Below are positions 50,631 to 63,320 of a stretch of DNA of 64,000 bases, in pieces. Origin of the DNA: Mobula hypostoma (taxonomy: Eukaryota); the NCBI RefSeq assembly GCF_963921235.1, contig NC_086097.1, positions 208,942,001 through 209,006,000 of the forward strand, read 5' to 3'. The position numbers and the translations under genes were made by a program. Within the stretch, counting starts at the first letter, position 1, and every line of letters starts with the position of its first letter. A model generated the notes under the pieces. That model saw only the letters and a program-made list of their open reading frames with translations, was not told the origin of the DNA and did no database searches.

Positions 50631-50904
50631 CTTTTCATTTCAGTTCATATTTCTTGAAGCATGTGCAGAGAATGAAACTTCATAGTATGGAAAATTGCAA
50701 TACAGAATTGCAATGTTTTCTAGAAGCACACCCCATGTGCTCCTCCATGATGTGGAGGTCACCTGTAATAATAACAAAATAAGACAGGTAAGCAATTATC
50801 ATATAAATAGAAGAATAAAGATGACATAGGATGATTACAACAGCAGTTAAAGTTAAATTTATATCCTGCCTTTGGCATAGAAAAACATCTAAGGCACTTT
50901 AATT

Positions 50905-51410
50905 ATACCATTGCACAATCATATAAGGTCCTGGTGAGACTGTCTGGAATATTGTGTACAGGTCTTAAGGACGGATATACTGTATATGCATTAGAGGGAG
51001 TGCAATGAAAGTTCACTAGACTGCTTCCTAAAATGGAGAGAGACTGGACTGGACTTATAATCTCTTGATGTTATAAGAATGGGATGTGATCTTATTATGC
51101 AAAATTCTTTCTGGGCTTGACAATGTAAATGCAGGGATGATGTTTCCCCTGGCACTTACGACCAGGTGTTGCACTCTTAAAGCAAAGGTTTGGGTATGTG
51201 GAATAGAGATGAGAGCAAGTTTCTTCATGCAAAAGGTGAAGAATTGATGCAATTTTCTACCCCAGAACTGTGGATGCTCAGTCACAGAGTGTATTCAAAG
51301 CAGAAAATGGTATATCTTTTGATGTAAAGGAAGTGAAAGTATATGGAATTAGTAAAGGAACGTGGGTCTAATGTAAAAGAAAGCCCTGTTCCTCTCTCTA
51401 TTTTTTGTGT
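50905..51410 (+). mobile_element. Decayed CR1 3' end
   Basis: Degenerate CR1 motifs (CTGGTGAGAC..GGAATATTGTGTACAG; AATTTTCTACCCCAGA; GTATTCAAAGCAGA). Confidence 0.6.
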
Positions 51411-54400
51411 ATAAGGGGAAAATCTGTATCATGAAGTCTAGTCATTGAAGGGATGGCACCAATTGTCTAAAGAAGGAAGATAGGTATGTAAAAGAAAATT
51501 AAGTGACAGAAGGGGGAGTTCAGAGAACATAGTTGGAGTGTTGGAGAAAGTTTAAACATACAGTATATAGAAAGAGAAGAGATCCTGACAGTTTAAAGGC
51601 AAGAAATGGAATTTTAAACATGAACTGACAGGTGCCAAAAGCGAATGTAGTATTTGAGGAAAGTGTTAATAGATGAGTTTGACTTTGTGACACAAGGCAC
51701 AAGTTAGAAATATGATGAATACTGTCTACATATTTGGATAGTTGCATTTCCAATTACATCTGAGAAGCTTTGTGCCTTCCAGGGCAAAGTTAGCCTGCTA
51801 GATTAGCTCTCTCTCCATCAAATAAGTATTCATTCCCTGAAGTGCACTTTGACTGCAGTATGCACTATGAGACTCTCTCTACTGCCATTGGAAAGGAGGT
51901 ACAAGTGCCTTAGATCCCACTCCACCAGGTTCAAAAACATTTATTGCCCTTCAACTATCAGGCTCGTGAACCAGTGTGGATAATTTCACTCACCCCAACA
52001 CTGAACTGATTCCACACACACAGGAGATTCTGTAGATGCTGAACATCCAGAGTAACACACACAAAATGCTGGAGGGACTCAGTAGGTCAGTACGCATCTA
52101 CGGAAAGGAATAAACAGTCAACATTTGGGCGGGACCCCCTCATCAGAACTGATTCCACAACCTATGGACTCACTAATAAGGGACTCTACAACTCTTGCTC
52201 TCAGTATTATTTATTTACTTATTCATTATTATTATTATTATTATTATTGCAATTCATTTTTTTTCTGAGCTGAAGCTGGTGAAACCTAAGGTACAGGCAT
52301 AGCCAAGCATGCTCACTTCTCAACTGCTAGGAACTTTCAGACGATTCTAGTGGCACTTAGTTATTGTGGCCTTCTGAAGATTTACATAGATATTACTGTG
52401 TAGCCCTAATTGTTTAATGCTGATCTGTAGGGATTTTGTAGTGATACCATTTGTAGAAATTACTGTCAGGACAATGCATACCCTGTTCATGTTCCATAGT
52501 CTTTCAATTTCCTCTTTTAATTTGACATATTTCTGATATTTTTCACTTACTTATTTCTGTAAGTTATGAGTGTTTGAAATGGCACAGTTTGTCTTCTTTT
52601 GCAATTGGTTGTTTGTCAGTCTTTGTGGGTAGTATTTCTTTGTTCTACTGTGAATGCCTACAAGAACATTAATCTCAGGATAGTATATGGTGAAAATATG
52701 CACTTTGATTATAGATTTAGTTTGAACTTTGAACTACAAATTGTGCTGCAATTGCTCTGCTAGATTATTCCAACAGCACTTTCCAAATTCACAACCTCTA
52801 TCAAGACTAGAGCAGAAAGGAGAGTACTATCGGCAGGTTTTGAGGATACTGCTCCTGGAGCTGTATCACCATTCCTTCACCACAATTCTGGAATTTATAT
52901 CCCATCAATGCCCTTCTCTGTGAAGGACTACAGAAGTTCAAGAACGTAGGTCACCACCACCTTCTCAAGGGCGTTCAGAGTGAACAATATATTCCATAAA
53001 AATCATAAGAAGAAAGCTGTGAAGGTTCATGGAGAGTACTGTGTGCAGGGTCAGTGAGGTTGTCAATGCAGAGCTGACAAATGAACACTGGGTGCAGCCA
53101 GCAGAATGTAATTGGGGAGAGGTGGCTGCTGCTATGGTGATGAAATTAGCTGATTTTCAAGATGAAAGCAATGAAAGAGATGAAAACAGTGCTAAAATTT
53201 CTCTAAATTTATTTAAATAAATATCCAAAATAACACTTCTAAAGCAAGTATTAAGTTACTTTTATTTTGGAACTCCTCACTTCTCTCTTACGTAGCTTCT
53301 TCCAATGTCCTGCTGCAATAAATGTTCTTACATGCAGTCCTTGGCAATATTTTCTAAGATCTATTGTGTGTTTTGTTTTGGCCAATATCCATACAGTCAA
53401 TCATCAAGGCACCAGACACAAGCTGCTTGGTGGCAACAGAGACAGGCTGGAACAGCAGAAAAGGGAGTTTTGAGAGATTTATTGTTATGACTTTGAAATC
53501 TACGTCTAACATAAGTGAGTTAAAGGACACAAGGTTATGTAAACTACTGGACTACTTTAAAGTCCACTTCTTTACTGCTTCTATCTTGGCTTCAGAAACA
53601 GCATGTCACAAATATGTACCATTGAAAACATACATGTATTGTCATAGTTGATTAAAAATAATGTGGCAAATATGTTGAAACTAAGCACAATCTCCAGGAC
53701 GTTTTTCCTCATTGGAGTATGAATTATAGTTTCTGTGGAGAAACGTTTCATAAAAATGGCTTAATGGATAATTTTATAAATGGAATATGATAGACTAATA
53801 CAAACACAAGTGCCCCCCTCTTGATAATGCATTACCAATGTACATTGTTAGAAGAAGAGCATTATCCTATGTTTATGATTTTCCAAATTTCATTATGCAA
53901 TTCATAGCGTTGTTAGAAATATTTGCATTTACTTTCCTGCTTTACAAATAATGAACCTTTTTTTCATTTAGTGAAAGCTAATACAGACAAATAAAACATG
54001 ATAATCATTACATTATCAACCTTTTAATGATATTGATTTGGAGATATTAATTAGATGGTGTACATTTGGCAATTCTCCTGTTCTTTTATGAGATAGCACT
54101 ATAGTGTTCATTAAATCCACTTGATATAGCAGCTGTGGTCAAGTTTAACATCTGTGAGGCAGCATTTCAGCTTGAAGAGAACCTCCTCAGCACCATATTT
54201 GCTTGTCAGCATTGACTTTTGAGTGCAGACCGTGCCCTAATGACGTCATCCTGCTAGTTGACAAATATGCCACAGTACTTTCCAAGTATGCTCAGAAAAT
54301 ATGTCACAATTGCACATCATAGGATAAAATGGCTGCACAATTTGTATAATACGTATTGTTTTGAAAAGGGGATAGAGGAAGTATATGAAAATCAAAATAT

Positions 54401-54845
54401 TGCAGATGCCAGAAATCTGAAATGAAAACTGAAAATACTCCGCCATTCTGGCAGCATCCATGAAAAAAGAAACCAAGTTAATGTGTCAGATTAAAGAATC
54501 TTCATTAGAACTGGAAAATTAGACAGCAAGACAGATGGAGGGAGAAGGGAGAAGGATAGACAGGACAAAGGGATGAGGTCCACGTAGCCACGGTAAAGCC
54601 CTTAGGTTAATACATTAGTGAAGGCAGTTTCAGAAAGAGCAAGCAACTTAGGGGACACGTGATAAGTGTGACATGCAGGTTAGAGCTGTTGCATGAACTG
54701 AAACCTCTCAGTAGATAAAGTAGAAACTCAGGAGACAAAAGAAAGGAGTCAATATTGTATAATTCTGCAGCAGAGTTGGCAGGTTTCAATGTCATTGAAG
54801 AAATTGAGCTAATCAAAATTAATATTGACTCACGGACTGTGCAAT

Positions 54846-55485
54846 ATAAACACAAAATAATCTGCAGATGCTGTGATCAAAGCAACGCTTTCAGTACGCT
54901 GGATGAACTCAGCAGATCGGGCAGCATCAGTTAGAAACGATGAGTCGACGTTTCGGGCCGGAACCCTTCGGCAGGACTGAAGAATGAAAGATGGGGAAGG
55001 ATTTGAAGAATGTTTGTAGCTTCAGTTGAAAGACCAGTAATTTGAAAGACAAAGGGTGGGGGAGGGGAAGCATTGATGTCATAGCCCTTGAAAACAATGG
55101 GTGGTAGGAGAAGGAGGTGGAACCATGAGGGAGCTGGGGGAGGGGGTAGAGTGAAATAGGGATAGAGGAAGGCGGGGGAGGGAATTACCGGAAGTTGGAG
55201 AATTCTATGTTCATACCAAGGGGCTGGAGTCTACCTAGATGGTATATGAGGTGTTACTCCTCCAACCTGAGTTTAGCCTCATCATGGCAGTAGAGGAGGC
55301 CATGTATGGACATATCTGAATGGGAATGGGAAGCAGAGTTGAAGTGGGTGGCTACCGGGAGATTCTGTCTGTTGTGGCGTACGGAGTGGAGGTGCTCGAC
55401 GAAGCCGTCCCCCAATCTGCGTCGGGTTTCACCGACGTAAAGGAGGCCGCACCGGGAGCACCGGATGCAATAGATGACCCCAACA
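54846..55485 (-). mobile_element. Penelope-like element 3' fragment (second subfamily) nested in an older Penelope remnant
   Basis: GIY-YIG translation GVIYCIRCSRCGLLYVGETRRRLGD (ORF 55254-55523). 11-bp TSD GACTGTGCAAT at 54835-54845 and 55486-55496. Both flanks resemble decayed Penelope sequence. Confidence 0.88.
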
Positions 55486-56439
55486 GACTGTGCAATGTTC
55501 CTGAGGTTTACATTGGGCCTCATTGAAGAATGGTAGAAACCACAGACAGGTGGATCAGAGTAGAAGTGAGATGAAGAATTGAAATAACAAATAAATGGAA
55601 CTCAGGCTCACCCCTGCAGAGTGCATGATAGTTCATCACATAATGGGTATCCAGTCTGCCTGTGGTTCCTCCAACGCAAAGGAGACCACATTGTGAACAT
55701 CAAATGTGACAAATTATTTTGGAAGAAGTGCAAATGGATTTCTGCTTCAAGTGGAGGTGTCCCTAGCTGATGAGAAAAGATGAGGTTAAAAAGATTCTTG
55801 ATTGGTCAGGGAATGAAGGGATGTGGGGAGAAAGCAGAAGATTGGGGCTGAGAGGAAACTTGGATCAGGCATGATGAAATAGTGGAGCAGACTCAATGGG
55901 CCAAATGGCCTAATTCTGCTTCAATATCTTATGGTGTTATGGTCTAAAAAAACCAGGTGATGCTTGGTGATGGGGCGTGCCATGTGTGGGGAGTGGCTGT
56001 GGGGATGAAATCCTGGACCAGAGAATCAGGGAATTGTAAGAGAGACAGTCCCTTCAGAATGCTGAAAGGGAGAGTAGAGGGATATCCAGTGATGGAAGGT
56101 GCAAAGAATGATCTGTTTAATGCAGAGATGGTTGAATGAAAAATGAGCAAAGGGAAAATTTATTTTCCTTCCAGCTGGAAAGGAGTGGGAGTGAGACTGA
56201 GGTATTGAAATTGAATGAGATGCAGTTGGGAGCTCTGTCTACCATGGTAGAAATATTATGGATGCATTTATAATAAATGTTAGTATATCATATGCCATGG
56301 GAGAAGCCACAGTTCAGGAAGGACCCTGCGTGCAAAATCAAAGCAAATGCAATGAAGTTAGTGGAACTGAATGGGGAAATTGAGTCCCTGAGGAGATGTG
56401 ATGGGAAGAAATGTAAATGAAAAAGATTTTTAATTATTT

Positions 56440-56682
56440 TATTTATTTATTTTTATTTAGAGGTACAGTGCAGTAACAGGCCCATCTGGCCCAATGTGCC
56501 CACACTTTGCAATTACACCCATGTGACTAATTAACCTACTAATCCATACGTCTTTGGAATGTGGGAGGAAACCAGAGCACCCGGAGGAAACCCACATGGT
56601 CACAGGGAGAACATAACAACTCCTTACTGATCCAGTCACTGGCTCTGCAACAGCATTTTACTAACAGTTGCACTATTGTGCC
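56440..56682 (-). mobile_element. HE1/V-SINE-like SINE
   Basis: Reverse V-domain TCTTTGGAATGTGGGAGGAAACCAGAGCACCCGGAGGAAACCCACATGGTCACAGGGAGAAC with a (TATT)n tail. Confidence 0.8.
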
Positions 56683-57555
56683 ATCAGTTATGGGAGTCTC
56701 TGTAGACTTACGGTGGATGCTTGACCTAATCTGCACCCTGCAAAAGAAATTGAGAGATGCTAAAGGGAAGGGAGAAGTCAGTGATGGGTCAAATAAAGGT
56801 AAGCACAGAATGGAAATTTCAGCGAAAGTAACAAAACCTCTAGGTTTGGTATGAGTACAGGATGCATCATGAATACTGTCATTATATTACCTGACCACAC
56901 CATTTCAAAGATACTCTCTCTATCTTATCCACTCCTTTTCCATCCTCTCTGCAACTTGTTTTCTCTCTTTCCTCTGATGTAGGCCCTTCAACCAAATGCA
57001 TTATCACTCTGCCTTGCAGAGTGTTTCTAGCCTTTTCTGTTCTAATTAAAGTCAGGACATGGTAAGTTGATAATAGGGTCATAAAGTGAAATCATGAATG
57101 TATTACAACTGTTGACCCCTCCCATCCCAAGTAGTGGATTGTTAGGTCTCAAAATTAGAAATATCACAACAATCAAAAAATCATTGGAGGGGCATAAAAC
57201 ACTGAAGCAGAGTTAAGTTATTTGGCCGAATATGTCTGCTCCACCATTCAGTCAAGGCGGATATTTGCCCCCACTCAACTGCATTCTCTTGCCTTTGCTC
57301 TGTACCTTTGACGTTACTAATCAAGAATCTATCAACTTCCCCTTGAATATACTCAATGACTCACCCTCCACAGCTGTCTGTGGCAATAGATTCAACAGGC
57401 TCACAGCCCCTGGCTAAAGAAATTCCTGCTATTCTCTGTTCTAAAGGGGTGCCCCTCTATTCTGAGGCTGTGTTCTCTGGTTCTCGATTCTCTGATTCTC
57501 CCACTATTGGAAACAGCAAATGCATATCCATTCTGTCCAAGCCTTTCAATAATTA

Positions 57556-57770
57556 CAGACAAGAGAAAATCTCCAGATGCTGGACATCCGAGCATCAAAT
57601 GCAAAATGCTGGAGGAACTCAGCAGGCCAGGCAACATCTATGGAAAAAAGTACAGTCGAAGTTTCGGGTCAAGCCCTGCTAAGCGGTCTTGGACCGAAAT
57701 ATTAACTGTACTTTTTTTCCATAGATGCTGCCTCGCCTGCTGAGTTCTTCCAGCATTTGTGTGAGTTGTT
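57556..57770. mobile_element. Inverted pair of Penelope terminal-repeat fragments inserted in a CR1
   Basis: About 57600-57673 and 57685-57765 are imperfect reverse complements (GAACTCAGCAGG..CATCTATGGAAAAAAGTACAG versus CTGTACTTTTTTTCCATAGATGCTG..CCTGCTGAGTTC). TTTCAATA occurs on both flanks. Confidence 0.7.
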
Positions 57771-58084
57771 TTCAATATTTGGTAGGTTTCAATGAGAAAT
57801 CCTCAACCTTCTAAACACCAATGAATACAGGCCCACAGCCATCAATCATTCCTCATCTGTCAGTGCTCTCCTCCCCAGGATGATTCTCATAAACCATCTC
57901 TGGACACTCTCAAATGCCAGCAATCCTTTCTTAAAACTGCTCACAATACTCCAAATGCAACCTCCTTGCTTTCATATGTTAGTCCTCTCAAAATGAATGC
58001 TAACATTGCATTTGTGGAGGGAGAAACACAAGATGATAGGTGAAACTGGGATGGGGGTGGGGTTACCTAAAAAAGCAGGTACCT

Positions 58085-58495
58085 GATGCATGAACATTGA
58101 TCTCTCAAATTTCCGGTATTGGCCCCTCTCTGCCTTTCCCCATTCCCCATCCCCTTTCCCCTCTCTCACCATATCTCCTTGCCTGACCATCTCCTCTCAC
58201 TGGTGGTTCTCCCCCTTTTCTTCCTTCCATGGCCTTCTGTCCTCTCCTATTAGATTCCCCTTTCTCCAGCCCTGTATCTCTTTCACCAATCAACTTCTCA
58301 TCTCTTTACTTAACCCCTTCCCCCAGCTTTTAAATCTACTCCTCATCCTTTTTTCTCCAGTCCTGCTGAAGGCTCTCGACCAAAAACATCAACTATACTC
58401 TTTTCCATGGATGCTGCCTGGTGCTGCTGAGTTCCTCCAGCAGTTTGTGTGTGTTGCTTGGTTTTCCAGCATCTGCAGATTTTCTCCTGTCTGTG
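58085..58495 (+). mobile_element. Older Penelope 3' fragment
   Basis: Begins with the ORF end (M)NIDLSNFR, then a pyrimidine-rich UTR, a degenerate hammerhead near 58359-58395 and the CAGCATCTGCAGA tail. Confidence 0.7.
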
Positions 58496-58572
58496 AAAAA
58501 ATAGTCTGTGCCTTTAATCTTTCAAGCAAAGTGCATGATCATGCATTTCCCCGCACTGCACTTAATTTCGTC

Positions 58573-60201
58573 AAACAACAGGAATTCTGCAGATGCTGGA
58601 AATTCAAGCAACACACATCAAAGTTGCTGGTGAATGCAGCAGGCCAAGCAGCATCTGTAGGAAGAGGTGCAGTCGACGTTTCAGACCGAGACCCTTCGTC
58701 AGGACTAACTGAAGGAAGAGTGAGTAAGGGATTTGAAAGTGGGAGGGGGAGGGGGAGATCCAAAATGATAGGAGAAGACAGGAGGGGGAGGGATAGAGCC
58801 AAGAGCTGGACAGGTGATAGGCAAAAGGGGATACGAGAGGATCATGGGACAGGAGATCCGGGAAGAAAGACAAGGGGGGGGGACCCAGAGGATGGGCAAG
58901 GGGTATGTTCAGAGGGACAGAGGGAGAAAAAGGAGAGTGAGAGAAAGAATGTGTGCATAAAAATAAGTAACAGATGGGGTACGAGAGGGAAGTGGGGCCT
59001 TAGCGGAAGTTAGAGAAGTCGATGTTCATGCCATCAGGTTGGAGGCTACCCAGACAGAATATAAGGTGTTGTTCCTCCAACCTGAGTGGGGCTTCATCTT
59101 TACAGTAGAGGAGGCCGTGGATAGACATGTCAGAATGGGAATGGGATGTGGAATTAAAATGTGTGGCCACTGGGAGATCCTGCTTTCTCTGGCGGACAGA
59201 GCGTAGATGTTCAGCAAAGCGGTCTCCCAGTCTGCGTCGGGTCTCGCCAATATATAAAAGGCCACATTGGGAGCACCGGACGCAGTATATCACCCCAGTC
59301 GACTCACAGGTGAAGTGTTGCCTCACCTGGAAGGACTGTTTGGGGCCCTGAATGGTGGTAAGGGAGGAAGTGTAAGGGCATGTGTAGCACTTGTTCCGCT
59401 TACACGGATAAGTGCCAGGAGGGAGATCAGTGGGGAGGGATGGGGGGGACGAATGGACAAGGGAGTTGTGTAGGGAGCGATCCCTGCAGAATGCAGAGAG
59501 AGGGGGGGAGGGAAAGATGTGCTTAGTGGTGGGATCCCGTTGGAGGTGGCGGAAGTTATGGAGAATAATATGTTGGACCCGGAGGCTGGTGGGGTGGTAG
59601 GTGAGGACCAGGGGAACCCTACTCCTAGTGGGGTGGCGGGAGGATGGAATGAGAGCAGATGTACGTGAAATGGGGGAGATGCGTTTAAGAGCAGAGTTGA
59701 TAGTGGAGGAAGGGAAGCCCCTTTCTTTAAAAAAGGAAGACATCTCCCTCGTCCTAGAATGAAAAGCCTCATCCTAAGAGCAGATGCGGCGGAGACGGAG
59801 GAATTGCGAGAAGGGGATGGCGTTTTTGCAAGAGGCAGGGTGAGAAGAGGAATAGTCCAGATAGCTGTGAGAGTCAGTAGGCTTATAGTAGACATCAGTG
59901 GATAAGCTGTCTCCAGAGACAGAGACAGAAAGATCTAGAAAGGGGAGGGAGGTGTCGGAAATGGACCAGGTAAACTTGAGGGCAGGGTGAAAGTTGGAGG
60001 CAAAGTTAATAAAGTCAACGAGTTCTGCATGCGTGCAGGAAGCAGCGCCAATGCAGTCGTCGATGTAGCGAAGGAAAAGTGGGGGACAGATACCAGAATA
60101 GGCACGAAACATAGATTGTTCCACAAACCCAACAAAAAGGCAGGCATAGCTAGGACCCATACGGGTGCCCATAGCTACACCCAACAAAAAGGCAGGCATA
60201 G
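58573..60201 (-). mobile_element. 5'-truncated Penelope-like retroelement (Neptune-type): RT C-terminal half, Cys linker, GIY-YIG endonuclease and 3' terminal repeat
   Basis: RT motifs GVAMGTRMGPSYA, FLRYIDD and PFLDL; linker CKRNKCYTC; endonuclease GVIYCVRCSQCGLLYIGETRRRLGDRFAEH. A single in-frame TAG (59774-59776) separates ORFs 59774-60220 and 59000-59743. 13-bp TSD ACTTAATTTCGTC at 58560-58572 and 60202-60214. Confidence 0.93.
58671..58706 (-). ncRNA. Minimal type I hammerhead ribozyme motif in a Penelope terminal repeat
   Basis: Minus strand reads AGTC-CTGACGA-AGGGTCTCGGTCT-GAAAC-GTC-GACT: CUGANGA and GAAA cores, stem I AGTC/GACT, a short stem II hairpin, palindromic ACGT in place of stem III, and a GUC cleavage triplet. 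Confidence 0.75.
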
Positions 60202-61544
60202 ACTTAATTTCGTCTGCCACTTCTTTTCACAATTTCCCAACCCTGCCCAAATCCTTATGCAGACTCCCAGTTTCCTCAACACTATCTGCCCTTCCACATA
60301 ATCTTTGTATCATCCACAAACTTGGCCACATAGAATAAGGACATTAAATACATCAAGTCTGTGCTAGCTTCTGTTGGGTAATCCATTCAGTCCCATTGTC
60401 CAACTCTTTTCACATTGCTATGAAAATAATTTTCCTCAAGTACTTATGTAGTTCTGTTTTGCTCTGTTGAGTCCTGAAGAAGGATGGCAGCTCAAAATGC
60501 CAACTGTTTATTCAATTCCAAAGATGCTGCCGGACTTGTTGAGTTCCTCCAGTATTTTGTGTTTTCTGCTCCTGTTTTGTTCTGCATGATTGAAACTGCT
60601 TCTCTCCTCTTATACTCACCGAGTTTCAAATTATCACCGCACCTCAAAAGAACATGTTTTAAATAATTTTAATCATTTATAAATGGTTCATTGTGGGGTA
60701 AAAAAAACAATGCTCCTGATTATATTTTAAATGGGAAATTTACTCTAAGGTCCATGAAAGTCGAATTATCCTACATGCAGATCTAAAATAGCATACTAAA
60801 AGGTATCATAAAAGATTCCATGAAATTCCTTTGTATGGAGCATGTGCTTTATAGACATTAACATAAAAATAAGCAAGTCTGTCATAAATTTAGAAAATAC
60901 CCATGAAGCTATTTTTATTGAAAGGCTTACTCTTTTCTGAAAGGATTATTCTACTGTACTTGTGATACTATTTACTGAGACTGTCAGTTTGCAGTTATCC
61001 TTTGAAATCATGACTTTACACAAGGGAATAATTCATACAAAGAAAGAGGGAAGGAACAATTGTTTAAGCAATCAACTTAAGGATGTAGTGTTAAGATTTT
61101 TATTAATATTTTAACAAGAGATCTGTCAGCTATTAATATTGAATAGGGAGCTCTCAGATCAAATGTTTATTCTATCCAGTTATAGATATCCTGATTAAAA
61201 AGGAACTTCTTACTACAGACATAAACATTTGTAGTACCCTTATTAAATACAACAGAGATTTAATTTTGACATGGTTAATAATACAAAAAAATCAAATTAA
61301 CTTCTCTCCTTGAATATGCCATTGGGGTGAGTCTATTGTATCCTGAGATATGAATTATATTATAATATTTTTAAAGTGGTAATACAACAGTAAAATTGTA
61401 TCATAAATTCAAGTGACACTTCAACACTGCATCTGTTGAAATGCTCAAAAGATGTTGACGCAATATTACATCCTATTTTGCACAGAGCTTTTTCTGATTC
61501 AATCACATTTGGTGAAGAGTTTTTTTTTACTTAATACAGTATTA

Positions 61545-63075
61545 CAGAAATGAGTGTAGTCTCAATTGCTAAGGAGAAAGTGATTGGGAAGCTAAAAGCT
61601 CTGAAGGTAGATAAAGCCATCTGGGCCAGATGGACTACAGCTCAGGGTTCTGAAAGAGCTAGCTGAAGAAATTGTGGAAGCATTAGCAGTGGTCACTAGA
61701 TTCTGGAATGGTCCTGGAGGAGTGGAAAATCACAAATGTCACTCCACACTTTAAGAAAGGAGGGAGGCAGAAGAAGGAAATTATACAATAGGCTAGTTAG
61801 TCTGGCTTCAGTGGTTGGCAAGATGTTGGAGTCCATTATTAATGAAGAGGTTTTGGGCTACTGTGAGGCACAAAATAAAATAGGCCGAAGTCAACATGGT
61901 TTACTTTTGGAGAAATCTTGCCTGACAAATCTGTTGGAATTCTTTGAGGAAATAACATGTAGGGTGGACAAAGTAAAGTCAGTGTATGTTGTTCACTTGG
62001 ATTTTCAAAAGGTCTTTGACAAGGTGCTGCACATGAGGCGGCTAAAGAAGATGGTATCACAGGAAAGGTAGTAGCATGGTCAGGCTGACAGGCAGGAATA
62101 AAGGGGTCCTTTTCTGGTTGGCTGCTCTTGGCTAGTGGCATTCTGCTACTTTTCATGTTATATATTATTGATCTGGATGGCAAAATTGGTGTTTTTGTGG
62201 CCAAGTTTGGGGGTGATACAAAAATAGTTGGATGGGCAGGTAGTGTTGAGGAAGCAGGGAGTCTGCAAAAAGTCTTAATGTAGATAGATTAGAACAGCAG
62301 GCAAAGAAGTGGCAGATGGAATATAATGTAGGGAAGGAGTAAAGTCACGGACTATTTTCTAAGTGGGAGCAAATTCAGAACTCTGAGGGGCAAAGGGACT
62401 TGGGAATCCTCATGAAGGATTTCCTAAAGGTTAACTTGCAGGTTGAGTCGGTGGTAAGGAAGACAAGGGCAATGTTAGCATTCATTGTGAGAGGACTAGA
62501 ATAGGAAAGCAAGGCTTTATACAGCACTGGACAGTCCACACTTGGAGTATTGTGAGCAGCTTTGGGTCTCATATTGAAGAAACGATGTGCTGGATTGGAG
62601 AGGGTCCAAAGGAGGTTCACTGGAATGAAAGTGTTAATATATGAGAATGACTCTGGGCCTGAACTTGCTTGAGTTTGGAGGAATAAGGATGGATCTCATT
62701 GAACCCTATCGAATATTGAAAGGCCTATATAAAGTGGATGTGGAGAGGATGTTTCCATTAGTGAGAGTCTAGGACCAGAGGACACAGGCTCATAATCGAA
62801 GGATGTCCCTCTAGAACAGACATGAGAAGGAGTCCCTTTAGCCAGAAGGTGATGAATCTGTGGAATTCATTGCCACAGACAGCTGTGCAGGCCAATTCAT
62901 TTGGTATATCTAAGGCAGGGTCTGATAGCTTCTTGATTATTAAGGGTGTCAGAGGTTGTGGGAAGAATGCAAGAGAATAGAGTTGAGAGGGAAAATAAAT
63001 CAGCTATGAGTGAATGGTGGAGCAGATTTGATGGGCTGAATGTCCTAATTCTACTCCTACGTCTAAAGATCTTAC
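61545..63075 (+). mobile_element. Decayed CR1 LINE (RT to 3' tail)
   Basis: GPDGL..RVLKE, LVSLASVVGKMLESII..SQHG..SCLTNLLEFFE..DFQKVFDKV; many stops and frameshifts. Confidence 0.85.
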
Positions 63076-63095
63076 ATTTTTACCTAGGTTATTGT

Positions 63096-63320
63096 GCTGG
63101 GCACGTAGCCAAGTGGTTAAGGCATTCGTCTAGTTATCTCAAGGTCACTAGCTCGAGCCTCAGCTGTGGCAGCGTGTTTGTGCCCTTGAACAAGGCACTT
63201 AATCACACATTGCTCTCGTCTGTGCGAGGAGTGGCGCCCCACACAGATTTCCAATCTGCGCCTTGTAAGGCATGAAAATGCCCGACGCAGGCCTCTCATG
63301 GTCTGAGTTAACATTCCCCC
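63096..63320 (+). mobile_element. tRNA-derived SINE with CORE/Meta-like central motif
   Basis: A-box TAGCCAAGTGG, degenerate B-box GCTCGAGCC and central GTGCCCTTGAACAAGGCACTTAA. TSD TATTGT at 63090-63095 and 63321-63326. Confidence 0.75.

Larger units (their letters stand above)
57190..60330 (-). mobile_element. Decayed CR1 LINE hosting three Penelope insertions
   Basis: CR1 segments at about 57190-57550, 57775-58010, 58500-58570 and 60215-60330 (ESRTREHSLRIEGHPFRTE..RNFFSQ on the minus strand). Confidence 0.7.

Noticed and set aside
58090..59013. 307-aa plus-strand ORF
   Set aside because: Runs across Penelope UTR, CR1 and antisense Penelope pieces; a chance chimeric frame.
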